A stretch of 32,569 nt of DNA from a virus, in IMG/VR virus record IMGVR_UViG_3300045988_173836, positions 1-32,569 of that record, one strand, 5' to 3'. Made by a program: the position numbers and the translations under genes. Shown here one piece after another: positions 12,615 to 20,427 of this stretch; position 1 is the stretch's first letter, and the number at the start of each line of letters is the position of its first letter. Below the pieces are notes generated by a model, which made no database searches, was not told the DNA's origin, and saw only the letters and a program-made list of their open reading frames with translations.

Positions 12615-13045
12615 TATTCTTTACTCCCGTTTACGTTTTTTTGTACCTGCGCTTTAAGTTCTTCTTCTTTAACGAGTTTCGCCAGTTCGGCGTTGTTGTC
12701 GCCCAACTTAAACAGCGGCATCGCCCCGATGTTCGCGCCAAGTCCGACAAGCGCGATTGTAAGCATCTCCGAAAAGAAGTTGACCGCCACTACCGATATA
12801 ACGGCAATGACTGCGTAAGTCATTATGACGGAATAGTTGCTAAACAACTCGGCAAGTTTTTTGCGGAACGCCGATATGCCGATAATCAGCGTAAGTATTA
12901 CCGTCGCGCTGATTGACATCGATGTGCTTTCGACAATTTCGGGCGGAAACATTATCGCCGCTGTTCCAATAGGCACTCCGATACTCGCCAAATATCCGAG
13001 TATCTTGTATATAAGTGCCTTTTGTCCGTAGGTCAAATTTTTCAT
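12614..13045 (-). CDS. Membrane protein, about 4 TM segments with charged C-terminal tail (holin-like, 143 aa)
   Basis: TMs: ILGYLASIGVPIGTAAIMF, ATVILTLIIGISAF, IMTYAVIAVISVVAVNFF, LTIALVGLGANIGAMPLF. Tail is KLVKEEELKAQVQKNVNGSKE. AGGAGG RBS. Confidence 0.7.
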   Translation of the reverse strand: MKNLTYGQKALIYKILGYLASIGVPIGTAAIMFPPEIVESTSMSISATVILTLIIGISAFRKKLAELFSNYSVIMTYAVIAVISVVAVNFFSEMLTIALVGLGANIGAMPLFKLGDNNAELAKLVKEEELKAQVQKNVNGSKE

Positions 13046-13059
13046 AATTACCTCCTAAA

Positions 13060-13638
13060 TTAGAAGTAACTCGGCGCGGTCGGCTTTTCTTCGACTGTTT
13101 CGGTCGGTTTGACGGGCACATTTACGTTCTGCGCCGTGTTTGTGGTCGGCGCGGTAACTTGTTCGTGTTCGACCGTTTGCGCCGTGAGAGCGTCGTATGC
13201 GCCTTTCATATTGTTAATTTTCTCGCGTACCGACACGGGTAAGTCGCTCAATAGTAGTGTGTCGGACAAAATCGCCATTAAAATGTCAACCTTTTCAGCC
13301 GTTACCGTGTTGCTTGCAATGCTTTGTTCCATTGCTTTGCGTAAATCGTCGATTTTTCCGTTCGTCAAAACGCCCTCGGCTATCAGTTTAGTAGTGTTGT
13401 CGCCGGTGACGGTAGATGTTTTTTGTATTACAACCATAAGGAAGCCGACAATTGCCGAAGTGGTAGTACCGAGCGCACCTGCAATCAGGTTGACGTTCGC
13501 CTTGATGTCAAGCAACAGTTGTTGCGCCTTGGTCGGCTCTTGTCCCTCAGGTATTTCGACGTTGACAGCGTTGACTACCAACAGCAACAACATCAGTACA
13601 AGCGCGACTACGCCGATTATCTTTGCAAATGCTTTCAT
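13060..13638 (-). CDS. Membrane protein, 2 TM segments plus C-terminal soluble region (192 aa)
   Basis: TMs: IIGVVALVLMLLLLVVNAV and LIAGALGTTTSAIVGFLMVVI. ATGA overlap with the upstream gene. Confidence 0.7.
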   Translation of the reverse strand: MKAFAKIIGVVALVLMLLLLVVNAVNVEIPEGQEPTKAQQLLLDIKANVNLIAGALGTTTSAIVGFLMVVIQKTSTVTGDNTTKLIAEGVLTNGKIDDLRKAMEQSIASNTVTAEKVDILMAILSDTLLLSDLPVSVREKINNMKGAYDALTAQTVEHEQVTAPTTNTAQNVNVPVKPTETVEEKPTAPSYF

Positions 13639-14102
13639 TCTTCGTTACCTCCGAAGTTTAAGATTTTGTATTTGCCGCTTTCGAGTGCGGCTACTCTATT
13701 TGTCAAGTCGGCGACTTGTTCTTGTAGCATTTCGATTGCCGCGCTTTGCCGCGTGCAAAGTTCAGCGTAAAATTCGCGCTCCGTGACAAGGCGGTCGTTC
13801 GCGTAGTCCGTGGACATCGGCGCGGTGTAAAGGCTTTCTGTTACCCACCGTTGCAGCACCTTGCCGTCCGTGTCGCGCGCTTGCAACTCGAACACGTTCG
13901 CGGCCGTAAGCGTTTGGCGGTCAATATGCACAACTTTGTTTTCGTCGGCAAAAAATGACTTGCCGTTACACAACAGCACAACGCGCCCCGTCAGTCGCCC
14001 TTTGTCGGACACTTGCACTTCTAACGTTTCATCGTCGGCAAGCGTGACAGACTTCTCGACAAAATACGCCGACAGTTGGCGCAACTTCAATGTTACTTTC
14101 AT
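13635..14102 (-). CDS. Hypothetical protein with C-terminal coiled coil (155 aa)
   Basis: ATGA overlaps at both ends. The C-terminus AAIEMLQEQVADLTNRVAALESG is heptad-like. Confidence 0.65.
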   Translation of the reverse strand: MKVTLKLRQLSAYFVEKSVTLADDETLEVQVSDKGRLTGRVVLLCNGKSFFADENKVVHIDRQTLTAANVFELQARDTDGKVLQRWVTESLYTAPMSTDYANDRLVTEREFYAELCTRQSAAIEMLQEQVADLTNRVAALESGKYKILNFGGNEE

Positions 14103-14335
14103 TCTTCGCCGTCCCCCTCAAAGATTTCGTCGATATCGTCCAATTCGTCCGTCGGGACTTTCAGTCCCAACGCCTTACAAGCCGCTGTAAGGGCAATCAG
14201 AGCGTGATTTACTTCGTCGCCCATAATCTCACGCAACTTGTCTTTTTCGTCCACGTTGTCCAGTTTGGCGGCATAATCGCGCAATGTTTCGCACTCGTCT
14301 TTTGCAACGTCAAACCATTCAATTACTTGTTCCAT
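14099..14335 (-). CDS. Acidic hypothetical protein (78 aa)
   Basis: AAGGAG RBS. Highly acidic termini (DELDDIDEIFEGDGEE). Confidence 0.6.
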   Translation of the reverse strand: MEQVIEWFDVAKDECETLRDYAAKLDNVDEKDKLREIMGDEVNHALIALTAACKALGLKVPTDELDDIDEIFEGDGEE

Positions 14336-14489
14336 TTTGCAACTCCTTAATTAGTTTTTGCAATTCTTCGTCGGTCATTTCGCCGACGTCAATGCCGTGT
14401 TGTTTCAAAATTTCCCGATAGTCGGGCAATGATTTAAGTTCAAAGGCGTCGGTCAGTAAGCCTTGTAAGTTATTGTGGAAGGTTGACAA
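14319..14489 (-). CDS. Candidate small ORF (56 aa from TTG) filling the fibre-downstream gap
   Basis: Hand translation: (M)STFHNNLQGLLTDAFELKSLPDYREILKQHGIDVGEMTDEELQKLIKELQNGTSN. It is protein-like, but has no SD and only a TTG start inside the last 20 nt of the fibre gene. Confidence 0.3.
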   Translation of the reverse strand: MSTFHNNLQGLLTDAFELKSLPDYREILKQHGIDVGEMTDEELQKLIKELQNGTSN

Positions 14490-17412
14490 AGTCAGGTGTT
14501 ATAGAGTCAATATAGTATGCTGCCCCGTTTTCGTTTTGAGTAGTATAGAGATAGATAGAGCCAGTTGCAGGGTCAAATTGTTCTGCATAAAGAATAGCTT
14601 GGTTAGTACCACCAACTGTAACATAACCAGCACACATTACGTAACTTATATTACCAACCTCTGTTATATACGCGTCTATATCTCCGCTGTAAGCACAAGG
14701 GATGTTAATTACTAAGTTACCAATTATATCGGTTTTGTCTGTGTCAGAATAAACACTTACATTAGCAACTGCCATATGTGTTGCAGGTTTAATTACACTT
14801 AACACCCAACCTCTTGTGGCAAGAATTATCGTGATAGTCTTGACAATGAGCTGACCGCTTTCATACCCAACGTGACTAAATACCAATGTGCCAGTAGTAT
14901 GTTCATCATCAGCAAGTTGATAGAACTCTTTATTGAACTTTATGCGCAGTTTATTAGGATAAGCTTTAAGATAGTTCCAACTTTGGTTATCAAGAAAGGT
15001 TCCTGATGACGAACTTGGAGGCACACCACCAATGGCGTAATAAGCATTTACATATTGCCAATTTGTGACTTCGCCGCCACTACCAACAACAGCATCACAA
15101 AATATTGATGTTCCACATTCCTGTTCTATTGCTTGCGTGTCGCTATTTCCATTGATAGTTATCCAAGTGTTGCCACTACCATCAAGGTCAGTTTTGTTTT
15201 CAGAGAGTTTTACATAAGCAACGCCATCTGGTGTTTCGATTGCTAAGCGTTGATTTTCGAGTTTAATTGTGTCACTAACTCGTGCTTCAAGCGATTTGCC
15301 ATCTTCTGCTGTATCAACAATAATACCATTGCCACCTTTGATTTCAGTCATTACTTGACTGCCGTCGGGTGCTTTCGCGTAGACTTGCGGGTTTGTTGTT
15401 GCTGCGGTGACTTTCGTCAATTTGCAACTCGTGATGTCGGTAAATGACATTATTTTCGCCGTGCAGGTCGTGTCGCCAACGGTCAATACTTCCATATTGT
15501 TATAGTAGGTGTCGTTTACGTTTACAACTTCCATAAGCGCAAAGACATCACCGACAACTGGCGTGCGGCTAAAATTAGCGTTCGTCAGCGTAAGCACCTG
15601 CCCAACGGTCGGAACGGTCGCACTTTCGTAGTTGATTTTGTAAATGAAGTTGTCCACTTTGCCAAGGTCGGACTTTTTCGCGACATCGCCTGCCGCTATG
15701 CCCGTATCTTCGAGGCGCAACTTATCGCCGTTCCACTTTACGATGTTGCCGTTAACAAGCGTTCCGCGCGTTGCAAGCGGCTGTAAATCGGACTTAGCAA
15801 CGTCAATGTCGCCGTCAGCCGTCAATACCACGTCGCCGACATATGCCGTGCCTGTGCCGTCAAACACCAACGCGCCGCTGTTTGTGCCGTCGTATTTCGG
15901 CGCAAGCAAGCCTGCGGGACTTGTCAGCGTGACCGTGTTGCCCTCTGCAACTACGATAAGTTTATTTTTTACTTTCAAATTTTCCGCGCTAACGCTCGTG
16001 ACCGCGCCTTTGACCGTAACGTTTCCGCTAATAGTAACGTTTCCGTTAATAGTCTGATTTGCCTTGTTTGTGCGCACTACGGTTTCGTCGGTTTTGATTA
16101 CTGCCTTTTTGCCGTCTGCGGTTGCGTCCTGGGTCAATCCGTCGTCTGCAACTTGCGGAATTTCAAGGTCAAGCGGAATGTCGTTCGTTACGCCGTTAAC
16201 CACAACGCGCAAGTCGGCGTGAACGTGCAAGCCGTCCGTCGTGTCGTAAGTCACTACGGGGTCGCCGTAAGGGAATTCCAAAGACTGCACATTGCTTACA
16301 TCGCCATTAGACACGATAAACGAAGTGCTTGTGCCATTGGTAAGTGTAATTGTAATTTGCGTGCCGCCGTCAACGACTTTCTGCGTTACGCTTGCAATGC
16401 CAACGCCCGTGTCGCCCTTTTCGCCTTGTTCGCCCTGTATACCTTGTTCGCCTTGTGCGCCGCGCGTATTGCCTACATACAAGTACCTGGACAAATTTTG
16501 ACCTTCGTCTGTGTACTTCATAAGGCAAATATACATGTTGCCTCGACTTGATAACACTACCGTAAACGTTTCACCGATAATAGGAACGCGATTGAATTTT
16601 GCCGGGCGTGTAGTAATTCCGTCGCCAACCTGAGGCGGTATTACGTCGCTTAGCGTGTCCAAGTACAAAAGCGAACTTGCCGCCTCGCCCGAATTCACAA
16701 AGCCTTTTGTGCCGCTGTTCCAAACGTACCAGTAGCCGTTTACAATTTTCGGCAAGTAGTCGGACAAATTGTTGAGTACGCCGACAACGAAACTGTACAG
16801 CACCTGTATATCTAAGTCCGTTGCCGTGCCGCCAATGTCGCCTGCTACGCTCGCGTTGACCGTAATCGTGCCGACATCGGAAGTAGAGATTGCAACGATG
16901 TTAAGCACCGCCCACGCACTGCCGTTCCAGTACTCGTATTGACTTGTTCCGCTCACCCAGTAGGTATCGCCCAATAAGCCGCCTGACGGAAGTGCCGCCA
17001 CGGTGGCAACCGTGCCTTTATACGTAACATCAACGGGCAATTCGCTGATAGTCAACGAAAACGACCATTGCCCTACGTTCTGCAACACAACATCGGGCAT
17101 TGTAAGGTAGTACTCGTAGCCCGTGTCGGGGGTTTGTTCGATTGTGCTTTCCGTGCCGTCTACAACCTGGCGCGTGCTGTTTTCAACCGTCGTCTTGCGC
17201 TGGACAAGCATAAGCGGCTTTGTGGACACGTCGCCCTTTGTAAACGTTACCCACATTGTCTCGCTTGCCCCCAAAAGGAAGTTGGGGCGCACAACAAACT
17301 CGTTATTCAGGTGCGAGTTTAGATACATTGTATTGATGTTCTTGCCGTAACTGATGTCAAGTCCGCTGACACCGTCCGCGGCAAGCACAACAACAATTCT
17401 GTTTGATTGCAT
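14470..17412 (-). CDS. Tail fibre / receptor-binding protein with collagen-like segment (980 aa)
   Basis: AGGAGG RBS. G-X-Y x7 (GAQGEQGIQGEQGEKGDTGVG). It is the largest protein and lies distal in the tail module. The C-terminal about 297 codons are compositionally distinct. Confidence 0.8.
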   Translation of the reverse strand: MQSNRIVVVLAADGVSGLDISYGKNINTMYLNSHLNNEFVVRPNFLLGASETMWVTFTKGDVSTKPLMLVQRKTTVENSTRQVVDGTESTIEQTPDTGYEYYLTMPDVVLQNVGQWSFSLTISELPVDVTYKGTVATVAALPSGGLLGDTYWVSGTSQYEYWNGSAWAVLNIVAISTSDVGTITVNASVAGDIGGTATDLDIQVLYSFVVGVLNNLSDYLPKIVNGYWYVWNSGTKGFVNSGEAASSLLYLDTLSDVIPPQVGDGITTRPAKFNRVPIIGETFTVVLSSRGNMYICLMKYTDEGQNLSRYLYVGNTRGAQGEQGIQGEQGEKGDTGVGIASVTQKVVDGGTQITITLTNGTSTSFIVSNGDVSNVQSLEFPYGDPVVTYDTTDGLHVHADLRVVVNGVTNDIPLDLEIPQVADDGLTQDATADGKKAVIKTDETVVRTNKANQTINGNVTISGNVTVKGAVTSVSAENLKVKNKLIVVAEGNTVTLTSPAGLLAPKYDGTNSGALVFDGTGTAYVGDVVLTADGDIDVAKSDLQPLATRGTLVNGNIVKWNGDKLRLEDTGIAAGDVAKKSDLGKVDNFIYKINYESATVPTVGQVLTLTNANFSRTPVVGDVFALMEVVNVNDTYYNNMEVLTVGDTTCTAKIMSFTDITSCKLTKVTAATTNPQVYAKAPDGSQVMTEIKGGNGIIVDTAEDGKSLEARVSDTIKLENQRLAIETPDGVAYVKLSENKTDLDGSGNTWITINGNSDTQAIEQECGTSIFCDAVVGSGGEVTNWQYVNAYYAIGGVPPSSSSGTFLDNQSWNYLKAYPNKLRIKFNKEFYQLADDEHTTGTLVFSHVGYESGQLIVKTITIILATRGWVLSVIKPATHMAVANVSVYSDTDKTDIIGNLVINIPCAYSGDIDAYITEVGNISYVMCAGYVTVGGTNQAILYAEQFDPATGSIYLYTTQNENGAAYYIDSITPDFVNLPQ
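16399..16461 (-). repeat. Collagen-like G-X-Y repeat (7 triplets) within the fibre gene
   Basis: ggc gca caa ggc gaa caa ggt ata cag ggc gaa caa ggc gaa aag ggc gac acg ggc gtt ggc, read on the minus strand. Confidence 0.85.
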
Positions 17413-17426
17413 TTTAAGCCTCCTGT

Positions 17427-19274
17427 TTAGCCTGTAATGGCTTTTTTAATCGCCTCATAGTCGTGTGTGTAGTACATATAAAACGTCGCCCCAAAACCCG
17501 AATTGTGCGCCACGATTATGTTGTTTTCGTCGTCCGTCACACAATAGCCGCCTTTGTTCGTCGGCGTACTGCCAAACGTGAAACTGTTGCCCGAAACGGT
17601 CAAAAACGTGCTACTGCTGAGCAACCGTCCGTATGCCGTTGACATCGTTTGCGCTCCCTGGGGCAATTTCTTGTCCAATATCCAGTACTTGCGTGTCGGG
17701 TTTGTCGCGTACTGATGTACAAGGGGGTTTCGCCCTGCCCACGCGCTACCAATAATCAAGTCGGGACAGTCCGTCAGCATATGCAACTGATACGTGAAGT
17801 TTAGTTGTTCGGACGGGTCTTTGTCAACGCTCTTCACAAGGTCGCTGCCAAACAGCGGCGTTCCCGTTGGTACGTTGTAGTTGGTCGTGCTACTCAACTT
17901 GCCATAAACGGGATAACTCAAACTTACGTTGATTCCGATGTCCGCCGCGCCGTTTATCCGCAATGTAGCAAGCGTTCCATCGGCGTTGCAATAGTAAACA
18001 TCGATGTTTTGTTGCCAGTTGGCGTCGCCGTCTTTGAGCGGTTTACGCTTTATGCCCGCGCTTAGATTATCTTTTGTTCGACCGCTAAACACAAGCGAAT
18101 TGCCAAAGCCGAACGCCGTACAACTTATAATTACCCCGTTGTTGTCGTCTGACTTTATCCAAAAACTTGTAATTTCCGTTTTGTCCGTCCACGTCGTGGC
18201 GGTCAAATACCCTATCAACAACGCTTTTGCTTGTGCGCTCAACACGCTGTCCATAGCCAGGTTTAACGGCGACTTCTTCGTTATAAAGCAGTAATCTTGA
18301 TACAATAGGTTACGCTGTGTTATTTCGCTCGGAATGTTCCACGAACGGAACTCGCGGTTTATGCCCGTAAATTGCGACCGCAAATTCCAACCTTTTGCCC
18401 ACGTTTCATTGCAAATTATGCGATTTGGCGCGGCGGTCATTGCAACTTCCGTCAAACGCCACGTTTCGCCGTTTTCTACGTAGTAAGAACCGACTTCACG
18501 CACTTGTTCGATACTTCTTACTACTCGCGCAACATTGCGCGTCTCAACGCCCGTGCGGTTCGTTACGCTTTGCATATTGCGTCCAAGTCCGACCGACGAA
18601 ACAATTTGTTGTTGTTGACTGTACGGTGTTACGAACTCAATATCTGCGGGGTTTGTTTTCGGCACATTGACTTTTGCGCTTTCACCGAGCGGAATGTAGT
18701 GCACTCGGAATTCCCACAACAGCGAAGAATCGTTTTCGCCGATATCGGTAATAGCGGAGATAACGCCGCCACCGTAATACAACTGCGTGCCTGCTTCTCG
18801 CATACTGTCAAGCGCGGCAACAATTGCAAGCCACAACGGCGGGTCTTTCCAAAACGTTTGCGTTAAAATAAGACGGATGTTTGTGTCGTACCTGTTGTAA
18901 TAACAAGTGTTGTTTGTAACCTTGGCGGTCGGCATTGCGATGTCAAACACACTTGCCGTTTCAAGCGTCCTGTATTCGTCGTATTCGACAAAGTACTTCG
19001 TCAAGTCCAAATATTCAAGGTTGTGCAACACGCCGTTTTCGTCGCGCGTCTGCACCTCATTCAGATTGATTGTCGCCGACCTTGTTTGTTGCGATGTTGC
19101 ATTATAGTAAGTAACGGCAATACGCGCCGAATTTTCCGCGTTTAGCAATACCTTTTCAAGGCTTGCAATCGGTTTCGGCAAAATCAGCATTGCGTTGTCC
19201 GTCGTTAATTCTATGCTCGTTGTTCTCGGCGTTATCCACGCGCTTGCACTCGGGTATATCGATACGTTTTTCAT
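17427..19274 (-). CDS. Tail/baseplate structural protein (Tal-like position, 615 aa)
   Basis: CAGGAGGAG RBS and a TAAATG junction with the upstream gene. Its size and its position between the Dit-like protein and the fibre support the call. No catalytic motif recognised. Confidence 0.55.
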   Translation of the reverse strand: MKNVSIYPSASAWITPRTTSIELTTDNAMLILPKPIASLEKVLLNAENSARIAVTYYNATSQQTRSATINLNEVQTRDENGVLHNLEYLDLTKYFVEYDEYRTLETASVFDIAMPTAKVTNNTCYYNRYDTNIRLILTQTFWKDPPLWLAIVAALDSMREAGTQLYYGGGVISAITDIGENDSSLLWEFRVHYIPLGESAKVNVPKTNPADIEFVTPYSQQQQIVSSVGLGRNMQSVTNRTGVETRNVARVVRSIEQVREVGSYYVENGETWRLTEVAMTAAPNRIICNETWAKGWNLRSQFTGINREFRSWNIPSEITQRNLLYQDYCFITKKSPLNLAMDSVLSAQAKALLIGYLTATTWTDKTEITSFWIKSDDNNGVIISCTAFGFGNSLVFSGRTKDNLSAGIKRKPLKDGDANWQQNIDVYYCNADGTLATLRINGAADIGINVSLSYPVYGKLSSTTNYNVPTGTPLFGSDLVKSVDKDPSEQLNFTYQLHMLTDCPDLIIGSAWAGRNPLVHQYATNPTRKYWILDKKLPQGAQTMSTAYGRLLSSSTFLTVSGNSFTFGSTPTNKGGYCVTDDENNIIVAHNSGFGATFYMYYTHDYEAIKKAITG

Positions 19275-19976
19275 TTACTCCTCCTGCAAGTTTTCCACAA
19301 CGGCAGACAATGCCGTGTTGTACTGCGTTTCTTCCACCGTCGCGCCGTACTCCGTCGCTTCGTCCAGCACTTCAACCTGCGCACCGTTCTCGTTGACAAA
19401 ATCAAACGTAACTGTGTTAAAATTGCCGTCAGCGTCTGCAACCAAACGCGGAATAGCGTCTATAACCGCGCCTACGTCGCACAGCACTTCAAACAGCGTC
19501 GTTTGCGTATTCCATTTGAATTGCGGCGACATCGTATTTTCGAGTATTCCGACAACCGTCGTGTCGGTGGTAAGGTAGTACAGCCGAAGCCCCCACGGCG
19601 TATTCGCAAGCACTCGATTTACAACGTCTTTCAACGTCTTTGTCGGTGGGTCGGGCTGTGTAACGGCGAAACCGTCTACCAACATTCCCTGTAACAGTTT
19701 CGTCGGCTCCGTCAACTTCACCGTGTGCTTGTACACAGCCGTTGTCGCCGTCTTTTTGCGCACAAATGCGCGTTGGTCGAAGCCTACAAAATCATACGAC
19801 TTGTCGCCGATTGTGACCGTGTACTTGTCGAGCGGCTTGTTAACAGATTTGTTAATCAACTCGGTGACGTAATAACTCGCCGTGCCGCTGTCCAACTGCT
19901 CGTTGAGCCGCAATTGAATGTCAACAGGCACAACCGCGTCAAGCTGTGCCGTGCCCCTTTTAACAATTATATTCAT
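19275..19976 (-). CDS. Distal-tail-protein-like structural protein (233 aa)
   Basis: Lies directly after the TMP-like gene (TAATG overlap). The size is typical of siphovirus Dit. Assignment is by synteny only. Confidence 0.45.
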   Translation of the reverse strand: MNIIVKRGTAQLDAVVPVDIQLRLNEQLDSGTASYYVTELINKSVNKPLDKYTVTIGDKSYDFVGFDQRAFVRKKTATTAVYKHTVKLTEPTKLLQGMLVDGFAVTQPDPPTKTLKDVVNRVLANTPWGLRLYYLTTDTTVVGILENTMSPQFKWNTQTTLFEVLCDVGAVIDAIPRLVADADGNFNTVTFDFVNENGAQVEVLDEATEYGATVEETQYNTALSAVVENLQEE

Positions 19977-20419
19977 TACCGCCCCCTGTTTGCGTCGGAC
20001 AAATAGCCTGCTCTACGCCGCAATTCTGCCGCTTCGGTGTTTTGCCACAGCCTTTGCCGCTCCATTTTTGCGATTTGAAACCCCACGTTGATTGCTTCGC
20101 CAGCCAGGGCGACCGCGCCAAGTACGGGGTTTGCAATAAACGATACGCCGATACCAACAATCTTTTGACCAAATGCAAGTCCGTTTTCAACACGCGTTTG
20201 CAACACGTTATTGCCGCTGAACGTGCCAATACTGCCTATAAGGTTTGTTGCCACTTGCGTGCCAAGCCGTTGCGCCACTCGCATTGCCTGATTGACCGTA
20301 AACGCCGTTTTTGCGTTGCTTTGCGCTACGTCGGTATTGTTTCCTGCGACTTGCGCCGCTTCGCCGCCGCCGTCGCCTGCGCCACCGCTTAGGGTTATGT
20401 TAATGTCTAAGTCTGCCAT
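19976..20419 (-). CDS. Gly-rich hydrophobic protein, tape-measure-like but only 147 aa
   Basis: GAGGTGAG RBS. LSGGAGDGGGEAAQVAG...LIGSIGTFSG...IVGIGVSFIANPVLGAVALAGEAINVGF resembles the Gly/hydrophobic segments of TMPs or internal virion proteins. Confidence 0.4.
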   Translation of the reverse strand: MADLDINITLSGGAGDGGGEAAQVAGNNTDVAQSNAKTAFTVNQAMRVAQRLGTQVATNLIGSIGTFSGNNVLQTRVENGLAFGQKIVGIGVSFIANPVLGAVALAGEAINVGFQIAKMERQRLWQNTEAAELRRRAGYLSDANRGR

Positions 20420-20427
20420 AACTCACC

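Noticed and set aside
13109-13786. Other long plus-strand ORFs, for example 13109..13786 (225 aa), 26866..27453 (195 aa), 24123..24689 (188 aa), 24892..25419 (175 aa), 27909..28418 (169 aa) and 18372..18866 (164 aa).
   Set aside because: All are antisense to well-supported minus-strand genes. They lack SD sequences and have skewed Cys/Arg/Phe/Ser-rich compositions. None occupies an intergenic gap.
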